DNA from: Azolla caroliniana | Taxonomy: Eukaryota > Plantae > Polypodiophyta | DNA: 64,000 bases | Direction of reading: 5' to 3' | Assembly: GCA_043228905.1 (NCBI GenBank) | Contig: JBHGNT010000024.1 | Span: 489,928 to 553,927 of the forward strand | Shown: one piece after another, positions 26,601 through 40,500 of the stretch | How positions within the stretch are numbered: position 1 is the first letter of the stretch | Layout: every line of letters starts with the position of its first letter | Notes under the pieces: model-generated | The model's database searches: none | Seen by the model: the letters and a program-made list of their open reading frames with translations, nothing else | What the model was told of the DNA's origin: nothing | Position numbers and translations under genes: made by a program

Positions 26601-29600
26601 ATAGCAAACTTGAGGAGGGAGTTGAGAAGAGCTAGTAGGTAAATTAAAATGTTCATACCGGGCTCGTGTGATATCGTATTTTTGTGTTCAATCATGCAAA
26701 TCGAAGCAAACAAGGCTAGCTATGATATGGAATTAAAAAATCAAGATTTTGAAACTCAGGTCGAGAGACATGACGAAAATAGCAAACTTGAGGAGGGAGT
26801 TGAGAGGAGCCCTTGAGTAAATTAAAATGTTCATACCTGGCTCGTGTGATATCGGATTCTTGTGTTCAAACATGCGAATCGAAGCTAACAACGCTACCTA
26901 TGATATGGAATTAAAAAATCAAGATTTTCAAACTCAGGTCGAGAGACATGACGAAAATAGCAAACTTGAGGAGGGAGTTGAGAGGAGCCCTTGAGTAAAT
27001 TAAAATGTTCATACCTGGCTCGTGTGATATCGGATTTTTGTGTTCAACCATGCAAATCGAAGCTAGCAACGCTAGCTATGATATGGAATTAAAAAATCAG
27101 GATTTTGAAACTCAGGTCGAGAGACATGACGAAAATAGCAAACTTGAGGAGGGAGTTGAGAAGAGCTAGTAGGTAAATTAAAATGTTCATACCTGGCTCG
27201 TGTGATATCGGATTTTTGTGTTCAACCATGCAAATCGAAGCTAGCAACGCTAGCTATGATATGGAATTAAAAAATCAGGATTTTGAAACTCAGGTCGAGA
27301 GACATGACGAAAATAGCAAACTTGAGGAGGGAGTTGAGAAGAGCTAGTAGGTAAATTAAAATGTTCATACCTGGCTCGTGTGATATCGGATTTTTGTGTT
27401 CAACCATGCAAATCGAAGCTAACAACGCTACCTATGATATGGAATTAAAAAAACAAGATTTTGAAACTCAGGTCGAGAGACATGACGAAAATAGCAAACC
27501 TGAGGAGGGAGTTGAGAAGAGCTAGTAGGTAAATTAAAATGTTCATACCGGGCTCGTGTGATATCGGATTTTTGTGTTCAATCATGCAAATCGAAGCTAG
27601 CAACGCTAGCTATGATATGGAATTAAAAAATCAAGATTTTGAAACTCAGGTCGAGAGACATGAGGAAAATAGCAAACTTGAGGAGGGAGTTGAGAAGAGC
27701 TAGTAGGTAAATGAAAATGTTCATACCTGGCTCGTGTGATATCGGATTTTTGTGTTCAATCATGCAAATCGAAGCAAACAACGCTAGCTATGATATGGAA
27801 TTAAAAAATCAAGATTTTGAAACTCAGGTCGAGAGACATGACGAAAATAGCAAACTTGAGGAGGGAGTTGAGAAGAGCTAGTAGGTAAATTAAAATGTTC
27901 ATACCGGGCTCGTGTGATATCGGATTTTTGTGTTCAATCATGCCAATCGAAGCAAACAACGCTAGCTATGATATGGAATTAAAAAATCAAGATTTTGAAA
28001 CTCAGGTCGAGAGACATGACGAAAATAGCAAACTTGAGGAGGGAGTTGAGAAGAGCTAGTAGGTAAATTAAAATGTTCATACCTGGCTCGTGTGATATCG
28101 GATTTTTGTGTTCAATCATGCAAATCGAAGCAAACAACGCTAGCTATGATATGGAATTAAAAAATCAAGATTTTGAAACTCAGGTCGAGAGACATGACGA
28201 AAATAGCAAACTTGAGGAGGGAGTTGAGAAGAGCTAGTAGGTAAATTAAAATGTTCATACCTGGCTCGTGTGATATCGGATTTTTGTGTTCAATCATGCA
28301 AATCGAAGCAAACAACGCTAGCTATGATATGGAATTAAAAAATCAAGATTTTGAAACTCAGGTCGAGAGACATGACGAAAATAGCAAACTTGAGGAGGGA
28401 GTTGAGAGGAGCCCTTGAGTAAATTAAAATGTTCATACCTGGCTCGTGTGATATCGGATTTTTCTGTTCAACCATGCAAATCGAAGCTAGCAACGCTAGC
28501 TATGATATGGAATTAAAAAATCAGGATTTTGAAACTCAGGTCGAGAGACATGACGAAAATAGCAAACTTGAGGAGGGAGTTGAGAAGAGCTAGTAGGTAA
28601 ATTAAAATGTTCATACCTGGCTCGTGTGATATCGGATTTTTGTGTTCAATCATGCAAATCGAAGCTAACAACGCTAGCTATGATATGGAATTAAAAAAAC
28701 AAGATTTTGAAACTCAGGTCGAGAGACATGACGAAAATAGCAAACTTGAGGAGGGAGTTGAGAAGAGCTAGTAGGTAAATTAAAATGTTCATACCGGGCT
28801 CGTGTGATATCGTATTTTTGTGTTCAATCATGCAAATCGAAGCAAACAAGGCTAGCTATGATATGGAATTAAAAAATCAAGATTTTGAAACTCAGGTCGA
28901 GAGACATGACGAAAATAGCAAACTTGAGGAGGGAGTTGAGAGGAGCCCTTGAGTAAATTAAAATGTTCATACCTGGCTCGTGTGATATCGGATTCTTGTG
29001 TTCAAACATGCGAATCGAAGCTAACAACGCTACCTATGATATGGAATTAAAAAATCAAGATTTTCAAACTCAGGTCGAGAGACATGACGAAAATAGCAAA
29101 CTTGAGGAGGGAGTTGAGAGGAGCCCTTGAGTAAATTAAAATGTTCATACCTGGCTCGTGTGATATCGGATTTTTGTGTTCAACCATGCAAATCGAAGCT
29201 AGCAACGCTAGCTATGATATGGAATTAAAAAATCAGGATTTTGAAACTCAGGTCGAGAGACATGACGAAAATAGCAAACTTGAGGAGGGAGTTGAGAAGA
29301 GCTAGTAGGTAAATTAAAATGTTCATACCTGGCTCGTGTGATATCGGATTTTTGTGTTCAACCATGCAAATCGAAGCTAGCAACGCTAGCTATGATATGG
29401 AATTAAAAAATCAGGATTTTGAAACTCAGGTCGAGAGACATGACGAAAATAGCAAACTTGAGGAGGGAGTTGAGAAGAGCTAGTAGGTAAATTAAAATGT
29501 TCATACCTGGCTCGTGTGATATCGGATTTTTGTGTTCAACCATGCAAATCGAAGCTAACAACGCTACCTATGATATGGAATTAAAAAAACAAGATTTTGA

Positions 29601-32600
29601 AACTCAGGTCGAGAGACATGACGAAAATAGCAAACCTGAGGAGGGAGTTGAGAAGAGCTAGTAGGTAAATTAAAATGTTCATACCGGGCTCGTGTGATAT
29701 CGGATTTTTGTGTTCAATCATGCAAATCGAAGCTAGCAACGCTAGCTATGATATGGAATTAAAAAATCAAGATTTTGAAACTCAGGTCGAGAGACATGAG
29801 GAAAATAGCAAACTTGAGGAGGGAGTTGAGAAGAGCTAGTAGGTAAATGAAAATGTTCATACCTGGCTCGTGTGATATCGGATTTTTGTGTTCAATCATG
29901 CAAATCGAAGCAAACAACGCTAGCTATGATATGGAATTAAAAAATCAAGATTTTGAAACTCAGGTCGAGAGACATGACGAAAATAGCAAACTTGAGGAGG
30001 GAGTTGAGAAGAGCTAGTAGGTAAATTAAAATGTTCATACCGGGCTCGTGTGATATCGGATTTTTGTGTTCAATCATGCCAATCGAAGCAAACAACGCTA
30101 GCTATGATATGGAATTAAAAAATCAAGATTTTGAAACTCAGGTCGAGAGACATGACGAAAATAGCAAACTTGAGGAGGGAGTTGAGAAGAGCTAGTAGGT
30201 AAATTAAAATGTTCATACCTGGCTCGTGTGATATCGGATTTTTGTGTTCAATCATGCAAATCGAAGCAAACAACGCTAGCTATGATATGGAATTAAAAAA
30301 TCAAGATTTTGAAACTCAGGTCGAGAGACATGACGAAAATAGCAAACTTGAGGAGGGAGTTGAGAAGAGCTAGTAGGTAAATTAAAATGTTCATACCTGG
30401 CTCGTGTGATATCGGATTTTTGTGTTCAATCATGCAAATCGAAGCAAACAACGCTAGCTATGATATGGAATTAAAAAATCAAGATTTTGAAACTCAGGTC
30501 GAGAGACATGACGAAAATAGCAAACTTGAGGAGGGAGTTGAGAGGAGCCCTTGAGTAAATTAAAATGTTCATACCTGGCTCGTGTGATATCGGATTTTTC
30601 TGTTCAACCATGCAAATCGAAGCTAGCAACGCTAGCTATGATATGGAATTAAAAAATCAGGATTTTGAAACTCAGGTCGAGAGACATGACGAAAATAGCA
30701 AACTTGAGGAGGGAGTTGAGAAGAGCTAGTAGGTAAATTAAAATGTTCATACCTGGCTCGTGTGATATCGGATTTTTGTGTTCAATCATGCAAATCGAAG
30801 CTAACAACGCTAGCTATGATATGGAATTAAAAAAACAAGATTTTGAAACTCAGGTCGAGAGACATGACGAAAATAGCAAACTTGAGGAGGGAGTTGAGAA
30901 GAGCTAGTAGGTAAATTAAAATGTTCATACCGGGCTCGTGTGATATCGTATTTTTGTGTTCAATCATGCAAATCGAAGCAAACAAGGCTAGCTATGATAT
31001 GGAATTAAAAAATCAAGATTTTGAAACTCAGGTCGAGAGACATGACGAAAATAGCAAACTTGAGGAGGGAGTTGAGAGGAGCCCTTGAGTAAATTAAAAT
31101 GTTCATACCTGGCTCGTGTGATATCGGATTCTTGTGTTCAAACATGCGAATCGAAGCTAACAACGCTACCTATGATATGGAATTAAAAAATCAAGATTTT
31201 CAAACTCAGGTCGAGAGACATGACGAAAATAGCAAACTTGAGGAGGGAGTTGAGAGGAGCCCTTGAGTAAATTAAAATGTTCATACCTGGCTCGTGTGAT
31301 ATCGGATTTTTGTGTTCAACCATGCAAATCGAAGCTAGCAACGCTAGCTATGATATGGAATTAAAAAATCAGGATTTTGAAACTCAGGTCGAGAGACATG
31401 ACGAAAATAGCAAACTTGAGGAGGGAGTTGAGAAGAGCTAGTAGGTAAATTAAAATGTTCATACCTGGCTCGTGTGATATCGGATTTTTGTGTTCAACCA
31501 TGCAAATCGAAGCTAGCAACGCTAGCTATGATATGGAATTAAAAAATCAGGATTTTGAAACTCAGGTCGAGAGACATGACGAAAATAGCAAACTTGAGGA
31601 GGGAGTTGAGAAGAGCTAGTAGGTAAATTAAAATGTTCATACCTGGCTCGTGTGATATCGGATTTTTGTGTTCAACCATGCAAATCGAAGCTAGCAACGC
31701 TAGCTATGATATGGAATTAAAAAATCAAGATTTTGAAACTCAGGTCGAGAGACATGACGAAAATAGCAAACTTGAGGAGGGAGTTGAGAAGAGCTAGTAG
31801 GTAAATTAAAATGTTCATACCTGGCTCGTGTGATATCGGATTTTTGTGTTCAACCATGCAAATCGAAGCTAGCAACGCTAGCTATGATATGGAATTAAAA
31901 AATCAGGATTTTGAAACTCAGGTCGAGAGACATGACGAAAATAGCAAACTTGAGGAGGGAGTTGAGAAGAGCTAGTAGGTAAATTAAAATGTTCATACCT
32001 GGCTCGTGTGATATCGGATTTTTGTGTTCAATCATGCAAATCGAAGCAAACAACGCTAGCTATGATATGGAATTAAAAAATCAAGATTTTGAAACTCAGG
32101 TCGAGAGACATGACGAAAATAGCAAACTTGAGGAGGGAGTTGAGAAGAGCTAGTAGGTAAATTAAAATGTTCATACCTGGCTCGTGTGATATCGGATTTT
32201 TGTGTTCAATCATGCAAATCGAAGCAAACAACGCTAGCTATGATATGGAATTAAAAAATCAAGATTTTGAAACTCAGGTCGAGAGACATGACGAAAATAG
32301 CAAACTTGAGGAGGGAGTTGAGAGGAGCCCTTGAGTAAATTAAAATGTTCATACCTGGCTCGTGTGATATCGGATTTTTCTGTTCAACCATGCAAATCGA
32401 AGCTAGCAACGCTAGCTATGATATGGAATTAAAAAATCAGGATTTTGAAACTCAGGTCGAGAGACATGACGAAAATAGCAAACTTGAGGAGGGAGTTGAG
32501 AAGAGCTAGTAGGTAAATTAAAATGTTCATACCTGGCTCGTGTGATATCGGATTTTTGTGTTCAATCATGCAAATCGAAGCTAACAACGCTAGCTATGAT

Positions 32601-35599
32601 ATGGAATTAAAAAAACAAGATTTTGAAACTCAGGTCGAGAGACATGACGAAAATAGCAAACTTGAGGAGGGAGTTGAGAAGAGCTAGTAGGTAAATTAAA
32701 ATGTTCATACCGGGCTCGTGTGATATCGTATTTTTGTGTTCAATCATGCAAATCGAAGCAAACAAGGCTAGCTATGATATGGAATTAAAAAATCAAGATT
32801 TTGAAACTCAGGTCGAGAGACATGACGAAAATAGCAAACTTGAGGAGGGAGTTGAGAGGAGCCCTTGAGTAAATTAAAATGTTCATACCTGGCTCGTGTG
32901 ATATCGGATTCTTGTGTTCAAACATGCGAATCGAAGCTAACAACGCTACCTATGATATGGAATTAAAAAATCAAGATTTTCAAACTCAGGTCGAGAGACA
33001 TGACGAAAATAGCAAACTTGAGGAGGGAGTTGAGAGGAGCCCTTGAGTAAATTAAAATGTTCATACCTGGCTCGTGTGATATCGGATTTTTGTGTTCAAC
33101 CATGCAAATCGAAGCTAGCAACGCTAGCTATGATATGGAATTAAAAAATCAGGATTTTGAAACTCAGGTCGAGAGACATGACGAAAATAGCAAACTTGAG
33201 GAGGGAGTTGAGAAGAGCTAGTAGGTAAATTAAAATGTTCATACCTGGCTCGTGTGATATCGGATTTTTGTGTTCAACCATGCAAATCGAAGCTAGCAAC
33301 GCTAGCTATGATATGGAATTAAAAAATCAGGATTTTGAAACTCAGGTCGAGAGACATGACGAAAATAGCAAACTTGAGGAGGGAGTTGAGAAGAGCTAGT
33401 AGGTAAATTAAAATGTTCATACCTGGCTCGTGTGATATCGGATTTTTGTGTTCAACCATGCAAATCGAAGCTAACAACGCTACCTATGATATGGAATTAA
33501 AAAAACAAGATTTTGAAACTCAGGTCGAGAGACATGACGAAAATAGCAAACCTGAGGAGGGAGTTGAGAAGAGCTAGTAGGTAAATTAAAATGTTCATAC
33601 CGGGCTCGTGTGATATCGGATTTTTGTGTTCAATCATGCAAATCGAAGCTAGCAACGCTAGCTATGATATGGAATTAAAAAATCAAGATTTTGAAACTCA
33701 GGTCGAGAGACATGAGGAAAATAGCAAACTTGAGGAGGGAGTTGAGAAGAGCTAGTAGGTAAATGAAAATGTTCATACCTGGCTCGTGTGATATCGGATT
33801 TTTGTGTTCAATCATGCAAATCGAAGCAAACAACGCTAGCTATGATATGGAATTAAAAAATCAAGATTTTGAAACTCAGGTCGAGAGACATGACGAAAAT
33901 AGCAAACTTGAGGAGGGAGTTGAGAAGAGCTAGTAGGTAAATTAAAATGTTCATACCGGGCTCGTGTGATATCGGATTTTTGTGTTCAATCATGCCAATC
34001 GAAGCAAACAACGCTAGCTATGATATGGAATTAAAAAATCAAGATTTTGAAACTCAGGTCGAGAGACATGACGAAAATAGCAAACTTGAGGAGGGAGTTG
34101 AGAAGAGCTAGTAGGTAAATTAAAATGTTCATACCTGGCTCGTGTGATATCGGATTTTTGTGTTCAATCATGCAAATCGAAGCAAACAACGCTAGCTATG
34201 ATATGGAATTAAAAAATCAAGATTTTGAAACTCAGGTCGAGAGACATGACGAAAATAGCAAACTTGAGGAGGGAGTTGAGAAGAGCTAGTAGGTAAATTA
34301 AAATGTTCATACCTGGCTCGTGTGATATCGGATTTTTGTGTTCAATCATGCAAATCGAAGCAAACAACGCTAGCTATGATATGGAATTAAAAAATCAAGA
34401 TTTTGAAACTCAGGTCGAGAGACATGACGAAAATAGCAAACTTGAGGAGGGAGTTGAGAGGAGCCCTTGAGTAAATTAAAATGTTCATACCTGGCTCGTG
34501 TGATATCGGATTTTTCTGTTCAACCATGCAAATCGAAGCTAGCAACGCTAGCTATGATATGGAATTAAAAAATCAGGATTTTGAAACTCAGGTCGAGAGA
34601 CATGACGAAAATAGCAAACTTGAGGAGGGAGTTGAGAAGAGCTAGTAGGTAAATTAAAATGTTCATACCTGGCTCGTGTGATATCGGATTTTTGTGTTCA
34701 ATCATGCAAATCGAAGCTAACAACGCTAGCTATGATATGGAATTAAAAAAACAAGATTTTGAAACTCAGGTCGAGAGACATGACGAAAATAGCAAACTTG
34801 AGGAGGGAGTTGAGAAGAGCTAGTAGGTAAATTAAAATGTTCATACCGGGCTCGTGTGATATCGTATTTTTGTGTTCAATCATGCAAATCGAAGCAAACA
34901 AGGCTAGCTATGATATGGAATTAAAAAATCAAGATTTTGAAACTCAGGTCGAGAGACATGACGAAAATAGCAAACTTGAGGAGGGAGTTGAGAGGAGCCC
35001 TTGAGTAAATTAAAATGTTCATACCTGGCTCGTGTGATATCGGATTCTTGTGTTCAAACATGCGAATCGAAGCTAACAACGCTACCTATGATATGGAATT
35101 AAAAAATCAAGATTTTCAAACTCAGGTCGAGAGACATGACGAAAATAGCAAACTTGAGGAGGGAGTTGAGAGGAGCCCTTGAGTAAATTAAAATGTTCAT
35201 ACCTGGCTCGTGTGATATCGGATTTTTGTGTTCAACCATGCAAATCGAAGCTAGCAACGCTAGCTATGATATGGAATTAAAAAATCAGGATTTTGAAACT
35301 CAGGTCGAGAGACATGACGAAAATAGCAAACTTGAGGAGGGAGTTGAGAAGAGCTAGTAGGTAAATTAAAATGTTCATACCTGGCTCGTGTGATATCGGA
35401 TTTTTGTGTTCAACCATGCAAATCGAAGCTAGCAACGCTAGCTATGATATGGAATTAAAAAATCAGGATTTTGAAACTCAGGTCGAGAGACATGACGAAA
35501 ATAGCAAACTTGAGGAGGGAGTTGAGAAGAGCTAGTAGGTAAATTAAAATGTTCATACCTGGCTCGTGTGATATCGGATTTTTGTGTTCAACCATGCAA
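23674..35599 (+). repeat. 12-monomer HOR type a array (2136 bp) with one 10-monomer irregularity
   Basis: Unit starts at 23674, 25810, 27946, 30082 and 33998. ttttcaaact marker at 24793, 26929, 29065, 31201 (each +2136), 32981 (+1780) and 35117 (+2136). Confidence 0.92.
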
Positions 35600-37557
35600 A
35601 TCGAAGCTAGCAACGCTAGCTATGATATGGAATTAAAAAATCAAGATTTTGAAACTCAGGTCGAGAGACATGACGAAAATAGCAAACTTGAGGAGGGAGT
35701 TGAGAAGAGCTAGTAGGTAAATTAAAATGTTCATACCTGGCTCGTGTGATATCGGATTTTTGTGTTCAACCATGCAAATCGAAGCTAGCAACGCTAGCTA
35801 TGATATGGAATTAAAAAATCAGGATTTTGAAACTCAGGTCGAGAGACATGACGAAAATAGCAAACTTGAGGAGGGAGTTGAGAAGAGCTAGTAGGTAAAT
35901 TAAAATGTTCATACCTGGCTCGTGTGATATCGGATTTTTGTGTTCAACCATTCAAATCGAAGCTAGCAACGCTAGCTATGATATAGAATTAAAAAATCAA
36001 GATTTTGAAACTCAGGTCGAGAGACATGACGAAAATAGCAAACTTGAGGAGGGAGTTGAGAAGAGCTAGTAGGTAAATTAAAATGTTCATACCTGGCTCG
36101 TGTGATATCGGATTTCTGTGTTCAATCATGCAAATCGAAGCTAACAACGCTACCTATGATATGGAATTAAAAAAACAAGATTTTGAAACTCAGGTCGAGA
36201 GACATGACGAAAATAGCAAACCTGAGGAGGGAGTTGAGAAGAGCTAGTAGGTAAATTAAAATGTTCATACCGGGCTCGTGTGATATCGGATTTTTGTGTT
36301 CAATCATGCAAATCGAAGCTAGCAACGCTAGCTATGATATGGAATTAAAAAATCAAGATTTTGAAACTCAGGTCGAGAGACATGAGGAAAATAGCAAACT
36401 TGAGGAGGGAGTTGAGAAGAGCTAGTAGGTAAATGAAAATGTTCATACCTGGCTCGTGTGATATCGGATTTTTGTGTTCAATCATGCAAATCGAAGCAAA
36501 CAACGCTAGCTATGATATGGAATTAAAAAATCAAGATTTTGAAACTCAGGTCGAGAGACATGACGAAAATAGCAAACTTGAGGAGGGAGTTGAGAAGAGC
36601 TAGTAGGTAAATTAAAATGTTCATACCTGGCTCGTGTGATATCGGATTTTTGTGTTCAATCATGCAAATCGAAGCAAACAACGCTAGCTATGATATGGAA
36701 TTAAAAAAAGAAGATTTTGAAACTCAGGTCGAGAGACATGACGAAAATAGCAAACTTGAGGAGGGAGTTGAGAAGAGCTAGTAGGTAAATTAAAATGTTC
36801 ATACCTGGCTCGTGTGATATCGGATTTTTGTGTTCAACCATGCAAATCGAAGCTAGCAACGCTAGCTATGATATGGAATTAAAAAATCAGGATTTTGAAA
36901 CTCAGGTCGAGAGACATGACGAAAATAGCAAACTTGAGGAGGGAGTTGAGAAGAGCTAGTAGGTAAATTAAAATGTTCATACCTGGCTCGTGTGATATCG
37001 GATTTTTGTGTTCAACCATGCAAATCGAAGCTAACAACGCTACCTATGATATGGAATTAAAAAAACAAGATTTTGAAACTCAGGTCGAGAGACATGACGA
37101 AAATAGCAAACCTGAGGAGGGAGTTGAGAAGAGCTAGTAGGTAAATTAAAATGTTCATACCGGGCTCGTGTGATATCGGATTTTTGTGTTCAATCATGCA
37201 AATCGAAGCTAGCAATGCTAGCTATGATATGGAATTAAAAAATCAAGATTTTGAAACTCAGGTCGAGAGACATGAGGAAAATAGCAAACTTGAGGAGGGA
37301 GTTGAGAAGAGCTAGTAGGTAAATGAAAATGTTCATACCTGGCTCGTGTGATATCGGATTTTTGTGTTCAATCATGCAAATCGAAGCAAACAACGCTAGC
37401 TATGATATGGAATTAAAAAATCAAGATTTTGAAACTCAGGTCGAGAGACATGACGAAAATAGCAAACTTGAGGAGGGAGTTGAGAAGAGCTAGTAGGTAA
37501 ATTAAAATGTTCATACCGGGCTCGTGTGATATCGGATTTTTGTGTTCAATCATGCCA

Positions 37558-40500
37558 ATCGAAGCAAACAACGCTAGCTATGATATGGAATTAAAAAATC
37601 AAGATTTTGAAACTCAGGTCGAGAGACATGACGAAAATAGCAAACTTGAGGAGGGAGTTGAGAAGAGCTAGTAGGTAAATTAAAATGTTCATACCTGGCT
37701 CGTGTGATATCGGATTTTTGTGTTCAATCATGCAAATCGAAGCAAACAACGCTAGCTATGATATGGAATTAAAAAATCAAGATTTTGAAACTCAGGTCGA
37801 GAGACATGACGAAAATAGCAAACTTGAGGAGGGAGTTGAGAAGAGCTAGTAGGTAAATTAAAATGTTCATACCTGGCTCGTGTGATATCGGATTTTTGTG
37901 TTCAATCATGCAAATCGAAGCAAACAACGCTAGCTATGATATGGAATTAAAAAATCAAGATTTTGAAACTCAGGTCGAGAGACATGACGAAAATAGCAAA
38001 CTTGAGGAGGGAGTTGAGAGGAGCCCTTGAGTAAATTAAAATGTTCATACCTGGCTCGTGTGATATCGGATTTTTCTGTTCAACCATGCAAATCGAAGCT
38101 AGCAACGCTAGCTATGATATGGAATTAAAAAATCAGGATTTTGAAACTCAGGTCGAGAGACATGACGAAAATAGCAAACTTGAGGAGGGAGTTGAGAAGA
38201 GCTAGTAGGTAAATTAAAATGTTCATACCTGGCTCGTGTGATATCGGATTTTTGTGTTCAATCATGCAAATCGAAGCTAACAACGCTAGCTATGATATGG
38301 AATTAAAAAAACAAGATTTTGAAACTCAGGTCGAGAGACATGACGAAAATAGCAAACTTGAGGAGGGAGTTGAGAAGAGCTAGTAGGTAAATTAAAATGT
38401 TCATACCGGGCTCGTGTGATATCGTATTTTTGTGTTCAATCATGCAAATCGAAGCAAACAAGGCTAGCTATGATATGGAATTAAAAAATCAAGATTTTGA
38501 AACTCAGGTCGAGAGACATGACGAAAATAGCAAACTTGAGGAGGGAGTTGAGAGGAGCCCTTGAGTAAATTAAAATGTTCATACCTGGCTCGTGTGATAT
38601 CGGATTCTTGTGTTCAAACATGCGAATCGAAGCTAACAACGCTACCTATGATATGGAATTAAAAAATCAAGATTTTCAAACTCAGGTCGAGAGACATGAC
38701 GAAAATAGCAAACTTGAGGAGGGAGTTGAGAGGAGCCCTTGAGTAAATTAAAATGTTCATACCTGGCTCGTGTGATATCGGATTTTTGTGTTCAACCATG
38801 CAAATCGAAGCTAGCAACGCTAGCTATGATATGGAATTAAAAAATCAAGATTTTGAAACTCAGGTCGAGAGACATGACGAAAATAGCAAACTTGAGGAGG
38901 GAGTTGAGAGGAGCCCTTGAGTAAATTAAAATGTTCATACCTGGCTCGTGTGATATCGGATTTTTGTGTTCAAACATGCGAATCGAAGCTGGCGACGCTA
39001 CCTATGATATGGAATTAAAAAATCAAGATTTTGAAACTCAGGTCCAGAGACATGACGAAAATAGCAAACTTGAGGAGGGAGTTGAGAAGAGCTAGTAGGT
39101 AAATGAAAATGTTCATACCTGGCTCGTGTGATATCGGATTTCTGTGTTCAATCATGCAAATCGAAGCTAACAACGCTAGCTATGATATGGAATTAAAAAA
39201 ACAAGATTTTGAAACTCAGGTCGAGAGACATGACGAAAATAGCAAACCTGAGGAGGGAGTTGAGAAGAGCTAGTAGGTAAATTAAAATGTTCATACCGGG
39301 CTCGTGTGATATCGGATTTTTGTGTTCAATCATGCAAATCGAAGCTAGCAACGCTAGCTATGATATGGAATTAAAAAATCAAGATTTTGAAACTCAGATC
39401 GAGAGACATGACGAAAATAGCAAACTTGAGGACTGAGTTGAGAAGAGCTAGTAGGTAAATTAAAATGTTCATACCTAGCTCGTGTGATATCAGATTTTTG
39501 TGTTCAAACATGCGAATCGAAGCTAACAACGCTACCTATGATATGGAATTAAAAAATCAGGATTTTGAAACTCAGGTCGAGAGACATGACGAAAATAGCA
39601 AACTTGAGGAGGGAGTTGAGAAGAGCTAGTAGGTAAATTAAAATGTTCATACCGGGCTCGTGTGATATCGGATTTTTGTGTTCAATCATGCCAATCGAAG
39701 CAAACAACGCTAGCTATGATATGGAATTAAAAAATCAAGATTTTGAAACTCAGGTCGAGAGACATGACGAAAATAGCAAACTTGAGGAGGGAGTTGAGAA
39801 GAGCTAGTAGGTAAATTAAAATGTTCATACCTGGCTCGTGTGATATCGGATTTTTGTGTTCAATCATGCAAATCGAAGCAAACAACGCTAGCTATGATAT
39901 GGAATTAAAAAATCAAGATTTTGAAACTCAGGTCGAGAGACATGACGAAAATAGCAAACTTGAGGAGGGAGTTGAGAAGAGCTAGTAGGTAAATTAAAAT
40001 GTTCATACCTGGCTCGTGTGATATCGGATTTTTGTGTTCAATCATGCAAATCGAAGCAAACAACGCTAGCTATGATATGGAATTAAAAAATCAAGATTTT
40101 GAAACTCAGGTCGAGAGACATGACGAAAATAGCAAACTTGAGGAGGGAGTTGAGAGGAGCCCTTGAGTAAATTAAAATGTTCATACCTGGCTCGTGTGAT
40201 ATCGGATTTTTCTGTTCAACCATGCAAATCGAAGCTAGCAACGCTAGCTATGATATGGAATTAAAAAATCAGGATTTTGAAACTCAGGTCGAGAGACATG
40301 ACGAAAATAGCAAACTTGAGGAGGGAGTTGAGAAGAGCTAGTAGGTAAATTAAAATGTTCATACCTGGCTCGTGTGATATCGGATTTTTGTGTTCAATCA
40401 TGCAAATCGAAGCTAACAACGCTAGCTATGATATGGAATTAAAAAAACAAGATTTTGAAACTCAGGTCGAGAGACATGACGAAAATAGCAAACTTGAGGA

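Larger units (their letters stand above)
9840..27100 (+). repeat. Large tandem duplication of a ~45-monomer (8010 bp) unit; second copy expanded to 52 monomers
   Basis: cttaggtc 10201/18211, gatgtttg 10301/18311 and caggtccaga 10381/18391 are offset by 8010. Later markers atataga 12845/22101, gggcttg 13137/22393, gaggcag 14159/23415 and cgaatgt 17272/26528 are offset by 9256 (52x178). Confidence 0.85.
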
